The notes beneath the pieces were generated by a model, which saw nothing but the letters and a program-made list of their open reading frames with translations, was not told the DNA's origin and ran no database searches. The position numbers and the translations under genes are program-made. From Desulfobacterales bacterium (GTDB lineage: Bacteria; Desulfobacterota; Desulfobacteria; Desulfobacterales; UBA5852), in NCBI GenBank assembly GCA_963674755.2, contig CAXXVS010000002.1, positions 416,001 through 480,000 on the forward strand: a stretch of 64,000 bases of DNA. Reading direction: 5' to 3'. Positions 37,877-47,386 of this stretch are shown here, one piece after another (positions within the stretch are counted from its first letter, which is position 1; the number at the start of each line of letters is the position of its first letter).

Positions 37877-37935
37877 CGGTACCTCCCAGGTCAGCAGGGT
37901 TGATGAGGGGTAAAAAAGATGCGCCCGGATGGCGT

Positions 37936-37954
37936 TGTGACCGGATCTGTCACA
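37936..37954. promoter_or_regulatory. Palindromic operator TGTGAC-N7-GTCACA, candidate WYL binding site
   Basis: Perfect 6-bp inverted repeat in the divergent intergenic region, followed by TGcTAAGAA (extended -10-like). Confidence 0.65.
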
Positions 37955-38043
37955 CCCCCATGCTAAGAAGATGGCCATAGGTCAGCGTATCGACCCTCTT
38001 CTTAGGGGAATTTGTAAAACATTTCAACGTACAAGGAGGAGCG

Positions 38044-38214
38044 ATGGATCAGCAGATCGGTTATCCCGACTATCAGGAAGCGTTTGAATACCACGGCAGC
38101 ACCACGGTGGAGGTTACCCGCCGGCGCGGCGGGCGGATCGTATGGAAAGATTGGCTGATTTTCGATTCGGTCGAGGAAGCCTTAGCGTTTTACAGCGAGG
38201 CCGGCTATGCCTGA
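38044..38214 (+). CDS. 56-aa hypothetical protein, not in the ORF track
   Basis: RBS AAGGAGG; translates to MDQQIGYPDYQEAFEYHGSTTVEVTRRRGGRIVWKDWLIFDSVEEALAFYSEAGYA*. Confidence 0.75.
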   Translation: MDQQIGYPDYQEAFEYHGSTTVEVTRRRGGRIVWKDWLIFDSVEEALAFYSEAGYA

Positions 38215-38412
38215 ACCGTATGGCGTCCATGGTGGCCCCGGTTGCCAAAAAGCAGAGGGGTGGTTAACGTAATAGAATTGTATCCCAAGTCTGTTCCAAT
38301 TGACCAACGCTTCCAACGCACACGACCCGGCTGCCGTTCCGGTGCGGCCCCGCAACGCCCCAGCGGGTTGTGGCTTCACAGACCCCATGACCGCAGGGAG
38401 GATTGTGGTGCC

Positions 38413-38883
38413 ATGTTAGATGATAAACTTCTGGAGTACATCAATATTGCCATTGCGAGGGAGGAGGAGGCCTTTCGTTTCTATAACGAGCTGGCCGGCA
38501 AGGTGGCCGAGGAGGCGGCGCGCGATACCCTGCTGTGGATCAGCGAAGAGGAGAAAAAACACAAAGCCTTCCTGGTAAAATTCCGGGCTGACGGTGTGGG
38601 CCCCGAAGCCATGCGCCTGACCGACGTGGTGTACTACAAGATTGCGGAACATCTGGAAGAGCCGGAAGTGGAAGAAGATATGAGCCGTTCGGATATTTTC
38701 CTGGTGGCCTCGCACCGGGAGCTGTGTTCCTACAAATTTTATACGGAGATGGCCGCCTTGTATGACAAAGATGATGCCGTTCACGAGATGCTTTCTAAAA
38801 TTGCCAACGAAGAACTAAAGCACAAGGAGCGCATGGAATACCTTTACGCCAATACGACTTTCCCCCAGACGGACGGCGGCTGA
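38413..38883 (+). CDS. Ferritin-like / rubrerythrin di-iron domain protein
   Basis: AIAREEEAFRFY...EEKKH and E..SYKFY...EELKH; RBS GGAGG. Confidence 0.88.
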   Translation: MLDDKLLEYINIAIAREEEAFRFYNELAGKVAEEAARDTLLWISEEEKKHKAFLVKFRADGVGPEAMRLTDVVYYKIAEHLEEPEVEEDMSRSDIFLVASHRELCSYKFYTEMAALYDKDDAVHEMLSKIANEELKHKERMEYLYANTTFPQTDGG

Positions 38884-38994
38884 TGCCCGACAGGCGGTGG
38901 CTGACGATGGCGGCCGCCTGACATGCGCTTCCCGCCCTGAAACGGCGTTTGAATCCATTCTGATCATGAACAGCCAAGAGAGGCCCAATCGGAT

Positions 38995-40650
38995 ATGGGA
39001 CATCATGCACTTGCCGGGCAACCGGCACCGCGCGAACTCCTCATCGACGTACCTGATCTGGTCGGCCGTTATTATGCGGATCTTCCCGACCCATCCATCA
39101 CATCCCAGCGCATCGGCTTCGGGACTTCGGGCCACCGGGGGTCATCCCTGACGGGCAGTTTCAACGAGGCCCATGTTCTGGCCATTACCCAGGCGGTCTG
39201 CGACTATCGGCAGCAAAACGGCATTAACGGGCCGCTCTATATCGGAAGGGACACCCACGCTCTTTCGGCCCCCAGCCTGACATCCGCTCTGGAAGTGCTG
39301 GCCGGCAACGGGGTGGCGACCATCCTTTGCAGTCGCAGTGCCTACACCCCCACACCGGTGATCTCCCATGCCATCCTGACCCACAACAACGGTCGCCGGG
39401 AGGGACGGGCCGACGGCATCGTCATCACGCCATCCCACAACCCTCCCGAGGACGGCGGCCTCAAATACAATCCGCCCCATGGCGGACCGGCCGATAGCGC
39501 GGTCACCCAATGGATTGAAAAACGGGCCAATGCTCTCCTGGAGGAGGGCAACCGGGCTGTTAGGCGCTCCTGCGGCCGCCGGGCTGCGCGTCGGGCGACC
39601 GTGCAGGAGGCCGATTTGCTGGGTGCCTATGTCCGTGACTTGGAGCAGATTGTCGATCTGGCGGCCATTCGCAAGGCCGGCATCCGTATCGGCGTGGATC
39701 CCATGGGCGGAGCGGCAGTGGACTACTGGCCTGTCATCGCCGATCATTACGGACTTGCTCTGGAGGTCGTCAATACGGCGGTGGAGTACGACTTCCGGTT
39801 CATGACCATCGATAAAGACGGCCGTATCCGCATGGATTGTTCCTCCCCCTTCGCCATGGCCCGCCTTATTGGGCTCAAGGACCGCTATGACATCGCCTTC
39901 GGCAATGATCCGGATGTGGATCGCCACGGCATTGTCACCCCGACCGCCGGATTGATGAATCCCAACCACTATCTGGCGGTTGCGATTCAATACCTCATCG
40001 GCCATCGGCCCCACTGGCCGACCGCCGGCACCATCGGCAAGACCCTGGTGAGCAGCGGTATTATCGATCGTGTGGCCCGTCATTTGGACCGGCCCCTTTG
40101 GGAAGTTCCGGTGGGATTCAAATGGTTTGTGGAAGGATTGCTGGATAGCCGTTGTGTTTTCGGGGGCGAAGAAAGCGCCGGGGCCAGTTTTCTACGCCGC
40201 GACGGCCGTGTCTGGACGACCGACAAAGACGGCATCATCATGAACCTGCTGGCCGCCGAAATCATGGCCGTTACCGGGAAGGATCCGGGCGATCTCTATC
40301 AGGAATTGACCGCCATGTTTGGAAGGCCGCATTACGAACGCCTGGACGCACCGGCAACGGCGGAACAGAAGACATGCCTGGCGGCACTGACGCCGGAACA
40401 GGTCGAGGCCGGGGAACTGGCCGGTGAGAAGATCCTGGCCAAACTGACACGCGCGCCGGGCAACGGCGCCGCTATCGGCGGTCTCAAGGTGGTCACCGAA
40501 AACGGATGGTTTGCCGCACGCCCTTCCGGGACGGAAGATATTTACAAGATCTATGCGGAAAGCTTTCGGGGAACGGATCATCTGCGGCGCATTCAGGACG
40601 AGGCCCAGCAGATCGTCAGCGCCGCCTTCCTGGCAGCGGGGAGCAGGTAG
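38995..40650 (+). CDS. pgm: Phosphoglucomutase
   Basis: [33 protein letters not shown]. Confidence 0.95.
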   Translation: MGHHALAGQPAPRELLIDVPDLVGRYYADLPDPSITSQRIGFGTSGHRGSSLTGSFNEAHVLAITQAVCDYRQQNGINGPLYIGRDTHALSAPSLTSALEVLAGNGVATILCSRSAYTPTPVISHAILTHNNGRREGRADGIVITPSHNPPEDGGLKYNPPHGGPADSAVTQWIEKRANALLEEGNRAVRRSCGRRAARRATVQEADLLGAYVRDLEQIVDLAAIRKAGIRIGVDPMGGAAVDYWPVIADHYGLALEVVNTAVEYDFRFMTIDKDGRIRMDCSSPFAMARLIGLKDRYDIAFGNDPDVDRHGIVTPTAGLMNPNHYLAVAIQYLIGHRPHWPTAGTIGKTLVSSGIIDRVARHLDRPLWEVPVGFKWFVEGLLDSRCVFGGEESAGASFLRRDGRVWTTDKDGIIMNLLAAEIMAVTGKDPGDLYQELTAMFGRPHYERLDAPATAEQKTCLAALTPEQVEAGELAGEKILAKLTRAPGNGAAIGGLKVVTENGWFAARPSGTEDIYKIYAESFRGTDHLRRIQDEAQQIVSAAFLAAGSR

Positions 40651-40793
40651 TCGGTGCCGGGCGCCTGGGACGGGGCGACCGGAAGCGTTTTCCCCGTTCC
40701 GCTTTTGACGTTCCGTCTTTATCGGCTCCCCGATAGGGCTTTTTGCCGTTCAGGAAATTCCCGCCGGCACCTGGCGATCGAGGAGAAGACAAC

Positions 40794-41354
40794 ATGCCTG
40801 TTCTATCCTTAAAAAGGATTTTAGTGGGGGCGCTCCTGGGATTTGGGATCGTGGGATGTTTCAAAGCCAATCCGCATCCCGATTACACCCCCCTGCGCAC
40901 GGAAGTCGAGCGGCTCTATCTCAATTACCACGCATTGAAGGCCGTCGACAGTGACCTGCATACGGCGGCGCTCCTGAACATGGAACGTTCGGACGGACAG
41001 TTGGGCTACATCCAAAGCGCGGCCCGGCTCATCGAACAGGCCAATCTGATCGCCTATTACCAATGGCAGCTGCTGTCCATCACCGAATACATCCGTGACA
41101 GCGCCTGCCGCGATTTTTTTACCCTGCGGGTCAAAGATGTCGCCGAAGCCCGACGCAAGTCGAAGGATTTGGTCCTTACCATAAAAGTCTATGATGCCTT
41201 CATTGAGGATGCGGCGGCCCTGGCGCTTATCGCGAAAGCCGTCGGGCATATCGAACGCAACCTGGCCATTTACGAGGCGTTGCATACCCTGATGCTGCCT
41301 ATGGCGAATAAACCGAAGACGGCAACCGGCGGGGGCGGGGCGCTATCCCTCTGA
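40794..41354 (+). CDS. Hypothetical alpha-helical lipoprotein
   Basis: RBS GAGGAG; signal peptide KRILVGALLGFGIVGC with lipobox-like IVGC. Confidence 0.65.
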   Translation: MPVLSLKRILVGALLGFGIVGCFKANPHPDYTPLRTEVERLYLNYHALKAVDSDLHTAALLNMERSDGQLGYIQSAARLIEQANLIAYYQWQLLSITEYIRDSACRDFFTLRVKDVAEARRKSKDLVLTIKVYDAFIEDAAALALIAKAVGHIERNLAIYEALHTLMLPMANKPKTATGGGGALSL

Positions 41355-41524
41355 CAAGGGCCGCACACGTCGCTGCAGCGCACGGCCGGTGAAGCGCTTT
41401 GCGAGGGAAGATGCTTTTCATCTTGACGGGCCATCATGACTCATATAAAAGCGGCATCGACATCATTCAATGGTGTTTGCCTACTTGAAGTTTACCCCCT
41501 TTTTGGGTCGATGAGGTCGTTGTC

Positions 41525-41743
41525 ATGAAAAAATCTCCCCAGGATCACCCGGAGATCGAAAGCCAGCATAGTGTTCGCGAATTGCGGCAAGAGCTGCGCG
41601 CCATGGGATATCGCTTGACGGGTAACGAAAGCTATGAAGATCTTCTCCGTTTGCTGAAGGACGAGCTCAACCGGCAGTGGTTTCAAAGTGCCAGCCGCGG
41701 TACCGTGATCCGCCGGCGTAAATCACCGGCCAACTCCCATTGA
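41525..41743 (+). CDS. Small hypothetical protein
   Basis: RBS GAGG; TTGACG...TATAAA promoter-like sequence at 41423-41449; charged helical sequence. Confidence 0.55.
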   Translation: MKKSPQDHPEIESQHSVRELRQELRAMGYRLTGNESYEDLLRLLKDELNRQWFQSASRGTVIRRRKSPANSH

Positions 41744-41775
41744 TTTCCCCGCATCCGCTTTTCCGCACGACATCT

Positions 41776-42381
41776 TTAGCGAGCCTCTTCGAAGTACTGA
41801 ACCTGGTAGGTTTCCACCTGTAAATCCCCCTTGCGCCAAGCCATGGCCGTGAGTCCGGCCTTGAGACATAAATGGGACAGAAAGTCTTCGCGGCGGGGGA
41901 GCTGATTCCATACCTGCGGCAGAAATGTTGCGCTGGCGACGCCCTTGCGGAGAATGACGCCATCGGTCCCGGGACGCAGCCGTTCGAGCAAGTCGTCGGC
42001 ACCGTGGTAAGACAACTTTGCCGGCGGTGTAAGGACGCTGACCTCGATTTCGATCAAGGGAAATTCGTCCGCACCCAAAGGCGGAAAGCGGGGATCATGG
42101 AAAGCGGCATGGAGGGCGTTTTGGCGCACAGAATCCTTTAGGGGATCATCCGAAGACAGCGATCCTATGCATCCCCGTAACTGCCCCTCTTTTTTCAAGG
42201 TGACAAATGTCCCGCAACCATGCGCAAAAATCGGATTTTGCAGCTCGGTTTGGAGGGTGCGCCTTTCCTTCTCATCAACCGGACACTCCAGATGGTCGGC
42301 AATGGTCATTCGGCCGAGGCGAATCAGGCATTGCCCTTCGTCCGGCGAGAGCGTTACAGGGGCGGGCTTGCGGATCGTCAT
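41776..42381 (-). CDS. AMMECR1-domain protein (AmmeMemoRadiSam system protein A)
   Basis: GTFVTL...LRGCIG...AAFHDPRF...IEVSVLT...ATFLPQVW...LCLKAG. Confidence 0.92.
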   Translation of the reverse strand: MTIRKPAPVTLSPDEGQCLIRLGRMTIADHLECPVDEKERRTLQTELQNPIFAHGCGTFVTLKKEGQLRGCIGSLSSDDPLKDSVRQNALHAAFHDPRFPPLGADEFPLIEIEVSVLTPPAKLSYHGADDLLERLRPGTDGVILRKGVASATFLPQVWNQLPRREDFLSHLCLKAGLTAMAWRKGDLQVETYQVQYFEEAR

Positions 42382-42515
42382 AACGGTTCCTCTTATGGAA
42401 GGACTATAATGGTTTTAGCCGCCCCTGTCGATACCCCATAGCGGTCAGACGTCATGCCCCTCTCAGGTTGGTTGTCACGGAAAACAGTGACCGGCAAAAT
42501 TCAGGCGCTTGGCGG

Positions 42516-43280
42516 TTAGGTCAGCAGGTGGGATACCGGGACTACGCGGATCGGCGCACCCTCTGTTTCAGAAATAAAAATCCGCAGGGCGTCTGCCGTC
42601 TCGGGATAAGGGTGGCCGATGGCGATGGCCTGACCGTGGGTGAAAGCAAGATTCATCACATCGTAGAGCCGGTTGACGATGTCCCGGGGATGACGCTGGT
42701 TGTCCAGAAAGGCATCCCGGCGTCCGCTGGTCATGTGCAGGCCGCAGGCGGTGTGATAAGCCTTGGAACGGCTTGACGTCAGACTGTCGACGAAAAAAAG
42801 GCCACGATATTTGATCGCCTCCAGGGCGTAGCGGATTTCTTCCCCGTTGGACGTGAAACGGGAACCCATGTGGTTGTTCACACCTGAGGCAAACGGCACG
42901 GCCTGGATATTTTCCGCTACGACGCTTTGGATATGACTGGCCGGATCGCCGACGAACAAAGCGCCGGGGCCTGGGTCCAGCTGCCGGTCAAACGGTTCCA
43001 TGGGCTGGTGGAGAAGGATTTCATGGCCCTTGTCATGAATGGCCTGGGCCAACTCCACCGAATAGGGTAAATGAGGCAGAACGGCAAACGTCAGATCCGC
43101 TGGGATGGACAGAAATGAGGCGGCGCGTCGGGGATTGAAACCGATGTCATCGATAATAACGGCCAGGCGGGCTTCAACGGGACGTCTTCCCATGGCCATG
43201 GCATGGCGAAAAGGGAAGCCTCCGGCGATGCCGGCCAGGGCTAATCCCATGGTTTTAAAAAGAAACGTTCTCCGGTCCAT
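42516..43280 (-). CDS. Divergent polysaccharide deacetylase (YibQ-like), Tat-like signal
   Basis: MDRRTFL; IIDDIG, LLHQPMEP, NNHMGS, FVDS, AIAIGHP. Confidence 0.9.
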   Translation of the reverse strand: MDRRTFLFKTMGLALAGIAGGFPFRHAMAMGRRPVEARLAVIIDDIGFNPRRAASFLSIPADLTFAVLPHLPYSVELAQAIHDKGHEILLHQPMEPFDRQLDPGPGALFVGDPASHIQSVVAENIQAVPFASGVNNHMGSRFTSNGEEIRYALEAIKYRGLFFVDSLTSSRSKAYHTACGLHMTSGRRDAFLDNQRHPRDIVNRLYDVMNLAFTHGQAIAIGHPYPETADALRIFISETEGAPIRVVPVSHLLT

Positions 43281-43533
43281 TTACCATCCAAGTGAATTAA
43301 TGACGTTTCCTGCCCTGTAAAAGAATTTGCTAGCCTCCTATCAAGCCGTAAGGGGATACCAAAATTCTTATACAATCTATTGGGTGTCAGGTCAATAAGG
43401 ATACTATATATGGGGAAAAAATAGTGGCCGGCCGGCGATCTATCGTCCTTGAAACCTGCGAGTTTCTCTGGTAGACGGTCCTGGAGTTTTTATCGCCTTT
43501 TTCTACAGCCGTTTCAAACCGCAAGGAGGCCGT

Positions 43534-44571
43534 ATGTGCCGCGTCGCTGTCGTGGGAGCTACCGGATACGCCGGAGCTGAATTGGTACGTATTCTCCTCG
43601 GTCATCCCGGGGTTACCTTGACCACCGTCACATCGCGCCAGTTTGCCGGCCATTCGTTTACGTCGATTTATCCGGCGCTGACCGGCCTGACCGATCTGGT
43701 TTGCGAAACCTATCAGGCCGATCGTTTGAAAGGGGCGGCGGATGTGGTCTTCCTCGCACTGCCCCACCGTTTACCTATGACACTGGCGCCTGAGCTTGTC
43801 ACGGCCGGGTTGCGGGTGATCGATCTTTCGGCGGATTTTCGCTTCAGTGATGTACGGCGCTACGAAGCAGCGTACCAGCCCCATGCCGCACCGGAACTGC
43901 TGGAGCAGTCGGTTTACGGCTTGAGTGAAGTCTATCCCGACCGCATCCGCGAGGCCCGGCTGGTGGGCAATCCCGGTTGTTATCCGACCTGTGTCCTCTT
44001 GCCCTTGGTACCGTTGGTCAAAAACGGCCTCGTCTCGCCGGCCAACCTGGTGGCCGATGCCAAATCGGGTGTCAGTGGGGCCGGCCGCGGCCTGAGTTTG
44101 GCAGCGCATTTTTGCGAGGTCAGCGAGTCCTTCAAACCCTATAAAGTGAACCAGCATCGCCATAATCCCGAGATGGATGAGATTTTGGGGGCGGCCGCCG
44201 GCTATGAGGTCCACATTACCTTCGTGCCCCACCTGCTGCCCATGAGCCGTGGCATGCTGGCGACATGCTATGCCCAAACCATGCCTGCCGTGGACGCCCG
44301 CCGTATCCGGGAATGTCTGGAAGATAGCTATGACGGTTGCCCTTTTGTCCGGCTGATCGGGGATCAGCAGTTTCCCGACACGCGCCATGTGCGGGGAACC
44401 AATTTCATTGATATCGGCTTCCGTCTCGATGAGAACAGGGGAACCCTGGTTTTGATGTCTGCTATCGACAATCTCGTCAAAGGGGCCGCCGGACAGGCGG
44501 TGCAAAACATGAACCTGATGTTGGGACTTGATGAGCGCCTGGGGCTGATGCCGGTGCCGTATCCCCTATAG
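43534..44571 (+). CDS. argC: N-acetyl-gamma-glutamyl-phosphate reductase
   Basis: GATGYAG, DLSADFR, NPGCYPT, SGVSGAG, DNLVKGAAGQAVQNMN. Confidence 0.96.
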   Translation: MCRVAVVGATGYAGAELVRILLGHPGVTLTTVTSRQFAGHSFTSIYPALTGLTDLVCETYQADRLKGAADVVFLALPHRLPMTLAPELVTAGLRVIDLSADFRFSDVRRYEAAYQPHAAPELLEQSVYGLSEVYPDRIREARLVGNPGCYPTCVLLPLVPLVKNGLVSPANLVADAKSGVSGAGRGLSLAAHFCEVSESFKPYKVNQHRHNPEMDEILGAAAGYEVHITFVPHLLPMSRGMLATCYAQTMPAVDARRIRECLEDSYDGCPFVRLIGDQQFPDTRHVRGTNFIDIGFRLDENRGTLVLMSAIDNLVKGAAGQAVQNMNLMLGLDERLGLMPVPYPL

Positions 44572-44759
44572 CGCTCACGGGGACTTGCAGGCCCTGTATC
44601 CCATGCCCCTGTCACGGTTGGGATGGAAAATCGACATGTAATGGTTTGAATTCTTGACAAAATTACGTGGATTGCATAGACACTGAAAGCGTTAGCCATC
44701 CATGCCTGCCCTGCGGGGTATCCCAACATTATACCCATACCTTTGAAAGGAGATCGATC

Positions 44760-45668
44760 ATGACAGCCAAGCTGATCAAGGGGACTGAAATCCGAGAGCA
44801 AATTCTCGAGGAAATTACCGCTGAGGTCGCTGAAATTAAAGCAAAGCACGGTGTCGTACCCGGCCTGGTGACGATTCTGGTCGGCGAGAATCCGGCGTCC
44901 ATCTCATACGTCACCCTCAAAATCAAAACGGCACACAGGGTGGGCTTTAAAGAAATTCAGGATTCCCAGCCCCTGGATATCTCCGAAGCGGACCTCTTGG
45001 CCTTGATCGATAAGTACAACAAGGACGACTCCATCCAGGGGATCCTGGTGCAACTGCCGCTTCCCAAGCATGTCGACGAAAAGAAAGTGCTCAATGCCAT
45101 AGATCCGGACAAGGATGTGGATGGTTTCCACCCGGTCAACGTGGGCCGTTTGATGATTGGCGGCGGCGAGGTCAAATTCCCGCCCTGTACGCCGGCCGGT
45201 ATCCAGGAGATGATCGTTCGGGCAGGTGTCGAGACCAAAGGCGCGGAAGTGGTCGTAGTGGGGCGCTCCAATATCGTGGGCAAACCGATTGCCAACATGA
45301 TGCTCCAGAAGGGTCCCGGCGCCAACGCCACCGTAACGGTTGTCCATACGGCTACAAAAGACCTAAAGGCCCATTGCCTGCGTGCCGATATCCTGATTGT
45401 GGCCGCGGGTGTCCCGGATTTGGTTAAACCGGAATGGATCAAGCCCGGGGCCTGTGTCATCGATGTGGGTGTCAATCGCGTGGGCGAGAAGGTCAGCGAA
45501 AAGACCGGCAAGAAGATTGCCATCCTTAAGGGCGACGTAGACTTTGAAGCCGCTAAGGAAATTGCGGGTTATATCACCCCAGTTCCGGGTGGGGTGGGCC
45601 CCATGACGATCACGATGTTGATGAAAAATACATTAAAAAGCTTGAAATTCAAGTTGGGTTTGATGTAA
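44760..45668 (+). CDS. folD: Methylene-THF dehydrogenase/cyclohydrolase
   Basis: GILVQLPLP, KDVDGFHP, PCTP, GRSNIVGKP, TPVPGGVGPMT; RBS AAGGAG. Confidence 0.96.
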   Translation: MTAKLIKGTEIREQILEEITAEVAEIKAKHGVVPGLVTILVGENPASISYVTLKIKTAHRVGFKEIQDSQPLDISEADLLALIDKYNKDDSIQGILVQLPLPKHVDEKKVLNAIDPDKDVDGFHPVNVGRLMIGGGEVKFPPCTPAGIQEMIVRAGVETKGAEVVVVGRSNIVGKPIANMMLQKGPGANATVTVVHTATKDLKAHCLRADILIVAAGVPDLVKPEWIKPGACVIDVGVNRVGEKVSEKTGKKIAILKGDVDFEAAKEIAGYITPVPGGVGPMTITMLMKNTLKSLKFKLGLM

Positions 45669-45691
45669 TATGTACTTAAATGATGGATGCA

Positions 45692-45784
45692 TAACCACGA
45701 AACGGCAAACCTGCTGAAAAGCGGGGACGCACAACCACGGGTCTAAAGCTTAAAAAGCCAGGACAGCCGGGTCACCGAAGGTTA
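45692..45784 (+). promoter_or_regulatory. Cyclic di-GMP class I (GEMM) riboswitch aptamer
   Basis: GGCAAAC-CTGCT-GAAA-AGCGG-GGACGCA...GGTCTAA...GACAGCCGGG...ACCG; P1 TAACC/GGTTA; GNRA tetraloop and receptor. Confidence 0.88.
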
Positions 45785-45793
45785 ACCGATTAG

Positions 45794-45830
45794 ACGCCTT
45801 CGGGGGCCGTTCCCCCGAAGGCGTTTTTGT
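45794..45830 (+). terminator. Intrinsic terminator (riboswitch expression platform)
   Basis: ACGCCTTCGGGGG / CCCCCGAAGGCGT 13-bp stem followed by a T tract. Confidence 0.9.
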
Positions 45831-46067
45831 TAGTGCGGAACATGGCATCAAAAGACGAAGCGGTTTAAAGGGGAAGTCCCTAATGACGGAATTCATGGGA
45901 TAATCTCTCTAACGCTATGTTGACAGTTCGGGTCATTTTATAGTACCTAATAAAGATTGTAGATAGCGTCGGAACCATATGCGTGAAGCTGAATTGATGA
46001 GGGCATCCTAAAAAAAAACGAGGCACCAGCGGTTGGCTAACTTCATCCGGAAGGTGGCAGATTGATT

Positions 46068-46994
46068 ATGCGAAACAAGATTACATTTATCCTTCTCAGT
46101 GGTAATGGTTCGCGTATCCGCCAGTTTTCATCCACCAAGGTGGTATTGGCGGCGGGTGCTTTGTTCAGTATCATGATCATGATCGGGGTGGGGTTGTTGG
46201 TTCAGGACTATTTGAACCTGAAACAGACTGCTGGCCAGGTGTCCCAACTCCAGGCCAGGGTTGCGGCCCGCGATGCTGAAATCGTTCACCAGAGTCGCCA
46301 GATTGAGTGTTTTGCCAATGAGATCAACCAGCTCAAATCGAACCTGGTTACCCTGGATTCCTTCGAGAAAAAAATTCGGGTGATTGCGAATCTGGAAAAG
46401 CCCGACAGCGAAGAAAATCTTTTCGGGGTAGGCGGGGCGACGCCGGAAGATCTCGATACGAGTGCGTCTTTGCGACGCGACCAGTCCGGACTGATCCGCT
46501 CCATGCATGATCAGGTCGAACAGCTTGAGAGAGCTTCCTACACTCAGGAAGCCGATTTTTCTTCTCTCCTGGATCAGTTGAACGCGAAAAAGAACTTACT
46601 GGCTTGCACGCCATCCATTCGGCCTGCCAAGGGCTGGATCTCCTCCCATTTTGGATACCGCATTTCTCCTTTTACCGGGCGGCGGGAACTTCATGCCGCC
46701 TATGACATCGCCAATCGCGAAGGTGCCGAAATTGTTGCACCGGCCAATGGTGTGGTGACCTTTACCGGAAAGAAGGGATCTTACGGGAATCTACTGATCA
46801 TTGATCACGGCTATGGGTTGGTCACCCGCTATGGACACCTCAAAAGCATTGAGGTTAAAAAAGGTGCCAAGGTTTCCCGGGGCGACATCGTTGCCAAAAT
46901 GGGGAATACGGGGCGCAGCACGGGACCGCATGTTCATTACGAGGTGCGGCTGAACGGCGTTCCGGTGAACCCGGAGAAATATATCCTGAATTAG
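46068..46994 (+). CDS. M23-family peptidoglycan endopeptidase with N-terminal TM and coiled coil
   Basis: HAAYD, YGHL, GNTGRSTGPHVHYEV. Confidence 0.92.
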   Translation: MRNKITFILLSGNGSRIRQFSSTKVVLAAGALFSIMIMIGVGLLVQDYLNLKQTAGQVSQLQARVAARDAEIVHQSRQIECFANEINQLKSNLVTLDSFEKKIRVIANLEKPDSEENLFGVGGATPEDLDTSASLRRDQSGLIRSMHDQVEQLERASYTQEADFSSLLDQLNAKKNLLACTPSIRPAKGWISSHFGYRISPFTGRRELHAAYDIANREGAEIVAPANGVVTFTGKKGSYGNLLIIDHGYGLVTRYGHLKSIEVKKGAKVSRGDIVAKMGNTGRSTGPHVHYEVRLNGVPVNPEKYILN

Positions 46995-47386
46995 CGATCC
47001 GTCTCTTGATTATTGAACGGGGCGTGGTCCATGCTGAAGCAGTAGGTTGGGCGGCATGGTGACGCCCCGTGCGTATTTTGGGACCTGCGCCGCGCGCGTG
47101 GTTTTCCGGCCCAGGCTATGGCCGGATAGCGTTTCTCCCTGCCGCTGCCGCTCCTTATCTCCCTTGTTTACGATGAAAAACTGCGGATTTTCCCTCAAGG
47201 ATCAATGTAATTCAGTACGCTTGTCCCGTGCCATTGCGAATGTTGAGCGGCAGCCTTAACATTGAGAGGGTGACAGTTCGCACGCAGACCTCGCCGGTGA
47301 GCGAGTTGACATCCCCCTCGCGGGAGGCGTAATGAAGTGATTATTTACGATGCCGTCCTTTTAGCAGAAAGGAAGCCCTCAAACTC

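Noticed and set aside
37936..37954. CRP/FNR site
   Set aside because: TGTGA and TCACA are separated by 9 nt rather than 6; better explained as a WYL operator.
36872..38883. WYL-led anti-phage defence island
   Set aside because: No recognisable defence genes, integrase or composition shift nearby.
44572..44759. ZTP or THF riboswitch upstream of folD
   Set aside because: Consensus elements are not visible; only a sigma70-like TTGACA-N17-TAGACA.
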